Of a stretch of 64,000 nucleotides of DNA, positions 19,275 through 27,071 are shown one piece after another. This DNA is from a virus. Below the pieces are notes generated by a model. The model ran no database searches. It was not told where the DNA came from and saw only the letters and a list, made by a program, of their open reading frames with translations. The position numbers were made by a program, and so were the translations under genes. Within the stretch, counting starts at the first letter, position 1. Every line of letters begins with the position of its first letter. The stretch is taken from the IMG/VR virus record IMGVR_UViG_3300046005_001513, positions 6,384 through 70,383 of that record. The stretch is one strand, 5' to 3'.

Positions 19275-20000
19275 ATGGCACTAGAACACATTGGTTCAGC
19301 AGCAGCAACAACAACAGCAGTAGTAGCATCACACGTAGTAGAAGTAGAACAAGAATGGCAGAGTGAAGGTGGTCATACCGCTGTGTATGCTCCCGTAGTA
19401 GTTAATTCACAGATTCAAGCGCCATCTACTGAAAGTGTTGCTACACAAGCGGCATCAATCGCAGCTGATATGGCAACTCGGGGTATCTCGACAATCAAGT
19501 TTGATTGGACATCATTCCCAATGATTGCTTTGAAAACGGAAGGCGCGTTTGAAGACTCTTCAGGTCGTTCATACGGTAAGTCTTTCCAAGCCAAAATTGT
19601 ACAAAATCGGATCAAATACGCTCATAGCTTTGATGGTTCTAAAGATCCGAAAAATGAACTAATGTATTCTTATGACAAAATCACATCGACAAACGGCAAG
19701 TCTGTTGATGAGTTCTTGGCAACATTACGTGCAAAAGGTAAAGGTCCTGAAATTACCTGTAAAGAGTACACGGAATTACTTGTTGAGATGATTGCTCCTG
19801 ATGATGAAGATTTGCATGAAGACTTCAGATTACTTTCAATTTCACCATCGGCTCAGGGTGCATATTCAGCGTTTGCTTTCCGACTTGATAGAAAACGTGA
19901 GTACAACACTGCAATTATTGAGTTTTCATGTGGTGAAAAAGTTCGTACAGTTGCGAACCCGTATTACCCTTGGGCGTTTGCAAAAGCAAAACAGCAGTAA
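19275..20000 (+). CDS. conserved replication-region protein (possible SSB/annealing protein)
   Basis: 241 aa; function inferred only from position. Confidence 0.6.
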   Translation: MALEHIGSAAATTTAVVASHVVEVEQEWQSEGGHTAVYAPVVVNSQIQAPSTESVATQAASIAADMATRGISTIKFDWTSFPMIALKTEGAFEDSSGRSYGKSFQAKIVQNRIKYAHSFDGSKDPKNELMYSYDKITSTNGKSVDEFLATLRAKGKGPEITCKEYTELLVEMIAPDDEDLHEDFRLLSISPSAQGAYSAFAFRLDRKREYNTAIIEFSCGEKVRTVANPYYPWAFAKAKQQ

Positions 20001-20006
20001 ATGAGA

Positions 20007-20034
20007 GTCTCACTGGCGGACGTAAAATGCCAGT
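20007..20034 (+). ncRNA. small H-type pseudoknot, variant copy
   Basis: GTC-TCA-CTGGC-G-GAC-GTAAAA-T-GCCAG. Confidence 0.55.
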
Positions 20035-20038
20035 TTTT

Positions 20039-20115
20039 GGTTACTGTAGCTCAAAAACGAGAGAGCGATTGCGATAAACTCTAGGTTGTCGGTGCAAGTC
20101 CGATCAGTAACCACC
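20039..20115 (+). ncRNA. tRNA-like RNA/pseudo-tRNA with unpaired anticodon arm
   Basis: GGTTACTG/CAGTAACC acceptor, TA-GCTC..GAGC D-arm, GTCGG-TGCAAGT-CCGAT T-arm. Confidence 0.7.
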
Positions 20116-20117
20116 TT

Positions 20118-20194
20118 GGGACAATACCTTAACGGTTAAAGGACTCCGCTCATAACGGATGCAAGTCTCAGTTCAAATCTGAGTTGTCCTACCA
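20118..20194 (+). tRNA. tRNA with CAT anticodon (Met or lysidine Ile2)
   Basis: GGGACAA/TTGTCCT acceptor, TCCG-CTCATAA-CGGA, CTCAG-TTCAAAT-CTGAG, encoded CCA. Confidence 0.92.
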
Positions 20195-20203
20195 AATAAA
20201 ATT

Positions 20204-20288
20204 GGATGATTATTCTCGTAAGGGGCGAGGGGGCACTGTAAATGCTCTGTCTTTGGCACTGTTGGCTCGAATCCATCATCATCCACCA
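20204..20288 (+). tRNA. tRNA-Tyr (GTA)
   Basis: GGATGAT/ATCATCC acceptor, GGGCA-CTGTAAA-TGCTC, long variable arm, CCA; atypical T-loop CTCGAAT. Confidence 0.85.
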
Positions 20289-20303
20289 AACACTACAAAG
20301 ATT

Positions 20304-20477
20304 ATGAAAGAAAGACAAACACATGGCGGGAAAGGCGATCTAGCCAGGAAGATAAACAAAGCCAAGTATGATGCTAATTTTGATAAGATTTTTGGAAAGA
20401 AGGACACAACAGCACCACTTGTTGCTGAAAATACAAGTCGAATTGAATCTCGTCAGGATTCTAAAGAAGTAGGCTAA
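20304..20477 (+). CDS. small basic phage protein
   Basis: GGKGDLARKINKAKYDANFDKIFGKK; upstream part of the tracked ORF is tRNA. Confidence 0.7.
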   Translation: MKERQTHGGKGDLARKINKAKYDANFDKIFGKKDTTAPLVAENTSRIESRQDSKEVG

Positions 20478-20553
20478 CGATATTTGTGTCCCTGCGTTAG
20501 TAACGAGAGTTCATGGCGATAGTTTTCTCTGATTAACTTGCGCCGCCTTTAAC

Positions 20554-20626
20554 GGGACAGCACTTGGCAAAAAGCTCTGTTTGAAACTCAAGCAACTAAC
20601 TGGTTCGATTCCAGCCTGTTCCACCA
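20554..20626 (+). ncRNA. tRNA-like RNA ending in CCA with aberrant D/anticodon arms
   Basis: GGGACAG/CTGTTCC-A-CCA, CTGG-TTCGATT-CCAG T-arm. Confidence 0.7.
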
Positions 20627-20869
20627 ATGTGTATATGCCTGTCCATATTACCGTTGACAGGGGTTGACAGTGGCATTGTCTGTGGTGCGATACCATCAAA
20701 GCGCATCTCGGTGGTAACGTGAGAACCAACCAGTTTATCAATCGCACAATTTGATAAACACCCAGCTCGCCCACCATGTGTGGAAGGAGTTACGGATTCG
20801 GTCAGCGAATCCAGCCCGTGCTAAGTGAGACCGTGTGGCAACGCAGGTTGAAGTCCTGAAAGCACAAAA

Positions 20870-21220
20870 CTCCAGCTTGCAGAGGTTAAATGCAAGCAAA
20901 CACACAAGTGTATAACTGAATACTGCTCCAGCTTGCAGAGGTTAAACGCAAGCACTATCTATTATCAGGAGAATTTAAATGCAAGAGTTTCAAGAAAGAG
21001 TGATTGAAGAGCGAAATGATTTAGTTGAAAAGCTAAACAAATTACAAGAATTTTTGGGTAACCCTGAAGCTGTTAGTAACTTAATTCCTGGTGAAGAAGC
21101 TCGGTTACATTGCCAGGCAGACATCATGGAGCGGTACATTGAAGTTCTGGATGAACGTATCCAGTATTTCCAATAAGGTTAAACACCTCCAGCTTGCAGA
21201 GGTTAAACGCAAGCACTATC
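20870..21220 (+). repeat. three copies of CTCCAGCTTGCAGAGGTTAAA(T/C)GCAAGCA (20870, 20926, 21187)
   Basis: Direct repeats read directly; copies 2 and 3 identical over 34 bp. Confidence 0.95.
20979..21176 (+). CDS. crAss001_48-like small helical protein
   Basis: MQEFQERVIEERNDL..KLQEF..QADIMERYIEVLDERI; AGGAG RBS. Confidence 0.8.
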   Translation: MQEFQERVIEERNDLVEKLNKLQEFLGNPEAVSNLIPGEEARLHCQADIMERYIEVLDERIQYFQ

Positions 21221-21400
21221 AATAAAGCATCGCTCGAACCATACCGCAATTTGGTTCCTTGCAGCGGTTATTCGTGAGTAAGCGGGACAGTCGAGACCCT
21301 GCCCTCATAGCTCGTTCATTGAATTCGTAAGGATTCGGGTTACTACGATAGGGATGAGAAACTGACTCGTAGGACGTAGGAAACGGTGCTTTATTGATAG
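21216..21400 (+). ncRNA. ~185-nt structured RNA closed by a 17-bp terminal helix
   Basis: CTATCAATAAAGCATCG pairs CGGTGCTTTATTGATAG (one G-U); internal pseudoknot and GTAA tetraloop hairpin. Confidence 0.65.
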
Positions 21401-21413
21401 TCCTCCTGAACTC

Positions 21414-21438
21414 AAGGCTTCGCAAGAAGCCTCTTTTT
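21414..21438 (+). terminator. intrinsic terminator
   Basis: AGGCTTC-GCAA-GAAGCCT-CTTTTT. Confidence 0.75.
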
Positions 21439-21584
21439 GAAGTGCATTGTCTAAGTGCATTTCACAAAGAATTCATCACACAGTTCTTTATTCTCGCCCT
21501 AGAATTAAAACTTGGGAGTCAGGCTTGTGGACGGTACTGGCGGATAAAAGATCCACTGACTGCTAGGAAGAGACTGGCATCTTA

Positions 21585-21686
21585 GAGTGTTTAGATTTTG
21601 CTTGTCGCAGGGCTTATAAATCTAAGAACTTTGTTCTACCCTTATTAGTTAGAAGACTGCGACCTTCTAGTTGATAAGGGTTTTTT
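21585..21686 (+). ncRNA. kissing-hairpin pair, second hairpin terminator-like
   Basis: Loop GTCGCAG complementary to loop CTGCGAC; second stem followed by T run. Confidence 0.6.
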
Positions 21687-21700
21687 ATTATGGAGGTATT

Positions 21701-22162
21701 ATGTCTCATTTAGGTTTAGATTTAGAGTTCTTGATGGTAGTTATGGCTGGGCTGAATGCAGGTGCTTCATCTTATACACAACTAACTAGGGGTGAAGAGC
21801 TAATTCTCAGATTTGGTAACGACCACGCAGTCATTTTCACAGCAGAAGATTATAATTACCACTTGGCAATGCTTGAGCAAGAGGGTTATCTGCTGTTACA
21901 CGATTCTAAATACAGATTAAGTTTAAAAGGCTGGAGTGTTTTTAATAAGTTGAAATACTTAGACCGAACTGATTCATTTAGTTGGCTGGATGGGGTTGGT
22001 TTGGACGATGCTTTAGAATACGTTCCATCAGGTTCAGAAGTAATAAAAAGTATCCAGGTTAATTTTGATACAGGTACTATTTACGGTGTCACGAAGGGCG
22101 GGGATGTTATAGCCAAGCATAGGCATAAAAAGGAAATAGAAGTATTGCTGCAAAGCATATAA
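21701..22162 (+). CDS. hypothetical protein (possible winged helix)
   Basis: GGAGGT RBS. Confidence 0.7.
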   Translation: MSHLGLDLEFLMVVMAGLNAGASSYTQLTRGEELILRFGNDHAVIFTAEDYNYHLAMLEQEGYLLLHDSKYRLSLKGWSVFNKLKYLDRTDSFSWLDGVGLDDALEYVPSGSEVIKSIQVNFDTGTIYGVTKGGDVIAKHRHKKEIEVLLQSI

Positions 22163-22172
22163 GGTTTTAATC

Positions 22173-22202
22173 AAAGGCTCAAGCATAACGCTTGAGCTTT
22201 TT
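22173..22202 (+). terminator. intrinsic terminator
   Basis: AAAGGCTCAAGC-ATAAC-GCTTGAGCTTTTT. Confidence 0.75.
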
Positions 22203-22227
22203 CTTGTACAAAAAAAAAGGATAAGAA

Positions 22228-25200
22228 ATGACAGACACATACGCGATCTTGGATTTCAACGGCTGTATTATTCACAGCTACAATTCAGGAAAAGATCCAG
22301 ATGCTTACTTGGAAGATGGAAAGTTATTAAACACACCAGGGTATGGCATCCAGGTATTGCTAGAACGGTACATATTACGAGTAGCTGCGTACGTACCACT
22401 GAATCATATCATCATCGTTGACGATGATGTCAAACCAGACAAAGAAGGTAAATTTAAAGACTTCCGCACGTTGCATGAGCCAAAGTACAAAAAAGCACGC
22501 AGAGAGAAAGGACCATCACCAGAGATGAAGTATCTCCCAGAATTGAAGCGCCTAGCGATAGAGTTAGTCGAAGCAATGGGGATTCCATACGTGACCTTAG
22601 CGAATACAGAAGCGGATGACGTGATTGCTTATCTTGCGATGAATTTACCAGGTGAAAAGCATATTTACACAACGGACGGTGATTTAGTAGCACTGGCGCA
22701 GTACCCAGGTGTAAGAATTTTCCAAAAATTAGTAGAGACATTTAATTTTAAGGGTATAGCACCGAAGCATGTCAATTTGTACAAGTCGTTATGCGGTGAT
22801 TCGTCTGATGGATATGGCGGTGTTAGCGGTTTTGGTCAGGTCAAATGGGATGCATTAAATCTCGCTCAAATCAACTATTTGGACGATGTTATTTCTAACA
22901 AGAACTTTGAAAAATTAGAAGCGGCTTATGCTAAGAGTCAAGATAAGTCCCTGAAAATTCTGTTAACAAAGCAAGAGGAATGGATATTAGCGTATGACAT
23001 CCTTGCTAAACTTCAGCCTCAACGGGTCAATAGTAAACCAACAGAAACTTTCTTTGATGAAGTGTCAGGGCTTACAGTTAAGATCAAAGGAACAAACTTC
23101 AACAGATTAAACTGGGTTAAGAGAGTACCGAACCGCGCAGATTTGTTAGCAGTATTAGCACGAGCAGGGACTGATTACATGATGGATGTGCTTGAACAGT
23201 TCATGCCAACCCAGACGCTTGTTACCCCCGAAAACTTGAATTTAGAGGAAATCAAAGACCAGATTATGGAATCTCGTTATGTTTCACTCGATTGGGAAAC
23301 TTATCAGGAAGATAACGCCAATTTTAAGAAGGCAAATCAAGGTAAAACATATGTAGATATGCTAGGGAGTAGGATTTCTGGCATGGGCATTACAATCGGG
23401 GATAACCTTGAACACACGTATTACTTTCAGTTCGATCATGCTGATACTGAAAATAACTTAGACAAGGCGGTATTACTTGATATTTTGGACTCGATACCTT
23501 CAGATATGCCTGTTGTTGCGTTCAACTCATATTTCGAGATTTCTGTATTGCTTGCTGAGTTCAAAGCCACATTACCGATCATGCACGACCCGATGATTAT
23601 GCACAAGCATATTGATGAGTTGAGTGATAAGCATGGCTTGAAAGATTTGAGCAAACGCTACTTATCGTATGACCAGTTACATTACGAAGATGTAATTGAA
23701 AAAGAAAAAACGATGCGGGATTACACAGGTGCTCATGTATTCCAGTACGGGGCGGATGATCCATTAGTAACTGGACATTTGTACGACTTCTTCGCTCTAA
23801 CTTTGAACCTTGAAAAGTCATGGGATTTCGTCAGAGAGTGTGAATTCCCTACAGTACAGCTTCTTGCTGAGTCGTATGTATCAGGTGTTAGTTTTGATAT
23901 TGATAAAGCGGAACATCAACTACAGGAAGATAAAGTGGTGTATGACAGATGCGTCTCACAGATACGAACTTTGTTGGATGATAACCCACTTACATACGCA
24001 GAAGCATTGCATAATGCAGCAGTGCTTTACAAAGCGGATGTAGACCCATTTGGTACGGACAGTGACCCTGCTGTGCACACATTAGCTGAAGCATTAAAAT
24101 ACTCTGAGTATAAAGAAATCCCTCTAACTGGCACGCAGAAGATAGCAAGATGGACAGGAACGGAATTAAACTTAGATTCACCATTGCAAATGCAACGGCT
24201 GTTCTACGGTACACTAGGATTACCCATCAAAATTCGGGACTTCAAAGTATCAAAAACCCGTAAAAGTAAAGGATTAGAAGGAACTCCGCAAGTAAACAGT
24301 GATGCAATTGAAGAAGCAATATGTTCTGGTGACGCTGTTGATTGGAAAAAAGAGGTGCTTGAATGTTTTACTGAAGCGAAGAAATGTGCGACCAGGATCA
24401 AACTTTACTACAACAAGTTCCCTTTGTGGGTGCATCCGATTGATGGCAATGTACACCCGCGCTTTCAGTCTTGCGGCACAGAAAGCCGTAGACCTACTGG
24501 CGGTTCACCAAATTTACTCCAACTTGGGAAGAAGGGAGAAGGTGTTAAAGTTAGAGAATGTATCGTACCGAATCGCAATAAGGGTCATGACTTAGTCTGC
24601 TCGATTGATTGGGATGGTGAAGAATTGCGAGTTATGGCTGGTCTATCAGGTGATGCAAACTTAACCTCATGTTATGTCGGTGATAACTTAAAAGACGCAC
24701 ACAGTATCGTTGCTGCTCAAATCATGGGATGTGACTATGATGTATTCATAGCCAACCGTAAAAGTGATGATAAAGAGATTTCTAAGAAGTATGATGACAT
24801 TCGTAAGGCTGCGAAAAACGTAAACTTTGCTTCAGCATATGGTTGTGGAGTTCCAAAACTAGCCCGAATGGTAAAAGTAGACGAGGACACTGCAAAAATG
24901 TACTTGGATGCAAAGAAAGCATCATACGCACGCCTTGAAGAGTGGAAAGAAGAAGTTAAAGAAGATTTGAAGCGTGATGGAAAAGTAACAACGCTGATGG
25001 GAAGCGTCAAGCATGCTTATGATTACTACACAGAAAGTGCTAAGGACATGCAAAGTTACTACGAAAGATCGTCTGTTAACTATGTTGTACAAGGTGTATG
25101 TGCTGATTATTTGAAAAGCGTATTAGCCACATTGCACAAATCAAGAACATTTAAAAGGCACAATGCTGACTTGATTGCACCTATTTATGACGAAATTGTG

Positions 25201-25416
25201 TTCTCGTGCCATTCATCCCAAGCAGTATCTTTGATTAAAGAAATCTATGCTGCGATGACGGTAGGAATCCCTGGGATACCAGTAAGAATGCTGGCTAACC
25301 CTGCTGTTGGAATCAACTTTGGAAAGCAAATTGAAGTGCTCGAAGATTGTAATCAGATTTTAACAGATGAACTAATCGTAAAAGCTATCAATAAGGCTAT
25401 CAGTCCCACACTCTAG
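22228..25416 (+). CDS. polA: family A DNA polymerase with 5'-3' and 3'-5' exonuclease domains
   Basis: EADDVIAY/TTDGDL/GDSSDG (FEN), SLDWET and YGADD (exo), SPNLLQ, DWDGEELR, AKNVNFASAYG, IYDEIV. Confidence 0.93.
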   Translation: MTDTYAILDFNGCIIHSYNSGKDPDAYLEDGKLLNTPGYGIQVLLERYILRVAAYVPLNHIIIVDDDVKPDKEGKFKDFRTLHEPKYKKARREKGPSPEMKYLPELKRLAIELVEAMGIPYVTLANTEADDVIAYLAMNLPGEKHIYTTDGDLVALAQYPGVRIFQKLVETFNFKGIAPKHVNLYKSLCGDSSDGYGGVSGFGQVKWDALNLAQINYLDDVISNKNFEKLEAAYAKSQDKSLKILLTKQEEWILAYDILAKLQPQRVNSKPTETFFDEVSGLTVKIKGTNFNRLNWVKRVPNRADLLAVLARAGTDYMMDVLEQFMPTQTLVTPENLNLEEIKDQIMESRYVSLDWETYQEDNANFKKANQGKTYVDMLGSRISGMGITIGDNLEHTYYFQFDHADTENNLDKAVLLDILDSIPSDMPVVAFNSYFEISVLLAEFKATLPIMHDPMIMHKHIDELSDKHGLKDLSKRYLSYDQLHYEDVIEKEKTMRDYTGAHVFQYGADDPLVTGHLYDFFALTLNLEKSWDFVRECEFPTVQLLAESYVSGVSFDIDKAEHQLQEDKVVYDRCVSQIRTLLDDNPLTYAEALHNAAVLYKADVDPFGTDSDPAVHTLAEALKYSEYKEIPLTGTQKIARWTGTELNLDSPLQMQRLFYGTLGLPIKIRDFKVSKTRKSKGLEGTPQVNSDAIEEAICSGDAVDWKKEVLECFTEAKKCATRIKLYYNKFPLWVHPIDGNVHPRFQSCGTESRRPTGGSPNLLQLGKKGEGVKVRECIVPNRNKGHDLVCSIDWDGEELRVMAGLSGDANLTSCYVGDNLKDAHSIVAAQIMGCDYDVFIANRKSDDKEISKKYDDIRKAAKNVNFASAYGCGVPKLARMVKVDEDTAKMYLDAKKASYARLEEWKEEVKEDLKRDGKVTTLMGSVKHAYDYYTESAKDMQSYYERSSVNYVVQGVCADYLKSVLATLHKSRTFKRHNADLIAPIYDEIVFSCHSSQAVSLIKEIYAAMTVGIPGIPVRMLANPAVGINFGKQIEVLEDCNQILTDELIVKAINKAISPTL

Positions 25417-25427
25417 CGTGTTACAAT
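25405..25427 (+). promoter_or_regulatory. operator-like site overlapping extended -10 (TGnTACAAT)
   Basis: Reverse complement of 18905-18922. Confidence 0.6.
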
Positions 25428-25504
25428 CTGAACAGTACGAACGCATACGCAGCAGTTTATCTGTTGCGTATTTTATTATTTAGAAATTCAACTTGAGAAA
25501 TGAT

Positions 25505-26140
25505 ATGAGCAAAGAAGAACACATTCTGGCAGTAAAAAATAAAAATGTTTGGACAAATGGGTACTCAGAAATCCCAGCAGAACTAGGTTTGTCTGATATT
25601 TTTGGTGCGGAAGATTTAGTGATTGGTTCACGAGAATGGTTGGAAGAGGATGAAGGCTTTTTACAGCTGATTCCGTACTGTGTAATCACTTCTGAAAATG
25701 GTAATGTGTTAGCTTACTCAAGAACAACTCAAACAGGCGAAAGTCGGTTGTCTGGTAAAGTTTCAATTGGGATTGGAGGTCACGTTAATGTTGAAGGGTT
25801 GAAACAGAGATCTGGAGTTATTGATACACTCGGCACAATTATGAACTCTACGTACCGTGAATTAGATGAAGAAATTTCACTCCCGCTAGACACTGATGCG
25901 CCGTTTAACATTCAGTTTAGAGGGTTTATCTACGACCCATCTGACGCGGTTGGAAGAGTACATCTTGGTTTGCTCATGGACTGCAAAATTGCACCAGAGC
26001 TTGAAAATTTAAAACATAAGTTTTCTTCTGTAGACAAAGGTATCAATATTTTAGGATTTTTCCCTAAAGAATACTTGTTAAACTCAGATGAAATTTCACT
26101 TGAAGGTTGGTCGCGTATCGCGTTAGAGGCTTTGAAATGA
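25505..26140 (+). CDS. Nudix-family phosphoesterase
   Basis: LQLIPY, GESRLSGKVSIGIGGHV, RELDEE, VGRVHLG. Confidence 0.82.
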   Translation: MSKEEHILAVKNKNVWTNGYSEIPAELGLSDIFGAEDLVIGSREWLEEDEGFLQLIPYCVITSENGNVLAYSRTTQTGESRLSGKVSIGIGGHVNVEGLKQRSGVIDTLGTIMNSTYRELDEEISLPLDTDAPFNIQFRGFIYDPSDAVGRVHLGLLMDCKIAPELENLKHKFSSVDKGINILGFFPKEYLLNSDEISLEGWSRIALEALK

Positions 26141-26349
26141 GATTTTTAAACAACGTTGTAGTTATATTGGTCTGGCAATTACTACAAATGTGTAGGTTGA
26201 CATTAACCATGATTTCCAACCCAATTTTGATTCTTTTAAGATACAAATGGTTTTTAAAACAAGAAGATGACATTATTTGGGATGTTACTGTACAGTATGA
26301 AGAACAAATGATAGCTGTGACTAAATTTGTAGCGAGGTACTGGAAATGA
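26137..26349 (+). CDS. small hypothetical membrane protein
   Basis: ATGA overlaps on both sides. Confidence 0.55.
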   Translation: MRFLNNVVVILVWQLLQMCRLTLTMISNPILILLRYKWFLKQEDDIIWDVTVQYEEQMIAVTKFVARYWK

Positions 26350-27071
26350 TCTGCATTTTTGATACAGAGACAACAGGATTCAAAGGGGATGTGATGGAAC
26401 TTGGTTCCGTTATCATTACTGATACAGGTGAAATGTATCACTTTAATGAACGGTGCAAGCCAATTGAGCCAGTTTCAAAAGGTGCTTTTGAAACGCATGG
26501 CATCTCTGATGAAGACGTTGCGGATTGCAGATCATCTTCTGTAGTCGTAAACGAATGGTTCAATGATATAAAAGAACTAGCATTGCGAGTCAAAGAGGAT
26601 GTAGTATTCTGCGCTCACAATCTTGTTTTTGACATGGGAATTTTAAAACAGCACATTTCCTTAGAGCCTGAAAAAAGAGTCTGTTCTTTAGAAGCCGCAC
26701 GTAGGCTTTTCCCAGAGCTACCAAGTAAAAGTTTAGGTGATTTATACACTTATTTCGGGCTCAAGGAAGAAGTAAAAGCACATTCAGCTTTGGATGATTG
26801 TCTCATGGTTCATAGAATCTTACCTTATCTCATGTCAGACTACTACGCTGAGGCGCATTACCAGTTACCTTTCGCCTTAGAAAAGGCAAGATTAAAGGCA
26901 ATTGAAGACGCAAAGCCACCAAAAATGCTTGAGCGTGTTCTTACTGGAAAAAAGAATAAGGGAAAACTTTTTACAGATGTAACGAAATCAGATTTAGAGT
27001 GGATGTACAACAACATGTTGAATAACAAGGATGTTATTTACACAACAGGGGTACTTCTTGGCAAACACTAA
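26346..27071 (+). CDS. DEDDh 3'-5' exonuclease (DnaQ/ExoX-like)
   Basis: FDTETTG, AHNLVFD, AHSALDD. Confidence 0.92.
   Translation: MICIFDTETTGFKGDVMELGSVIITDTGEMYHFNERCKPIEPVSKGAFETHGISDEDVADCRSSSVVVNEWFNDIKELALRVKEDVVFCAHNLVFDMGILKQHISLEPEKRVCSLEAARRLFPELPSKSLGDLYTYFGLKEEVKAHSALDDCLMVHRILPYLMSDYYAEAHYQLPFALEKARLKAIEDAKPPKMLERVLTGKKNKGKLFTDVTKSDLEWMYNNMLNNKDVIYTTGVLLGKH

Noticed and set aside
20870-21220. CRISPR array from the three ~29-bp repeats
   Set aside because: Start-to-start spacing is 56 and 261 bp, one interval holds a real gene, and no cas genes are seen
21216-21400. Retron msr-msd, tmRNA, RNase P or hammerhead
   Set aside because: No reverse transcriptase in the window, no tmRNA ends, no RNase P GAGGAAAGTCC signature, no CTGANGA core
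20136-21585. Tracked ORFs 20136-, 20511-, 21219-, 21394+ and the 5' part of 20184+
   Set aside because: They overlap tRNAs or structured RNAs and lack RBS or protein-like sequence
10074-25416. Inteins or introns in nrdA, helicases or polA
   Set aside because: Frames are continuous, lengths are ordinary and no intein terminal motifs were seen
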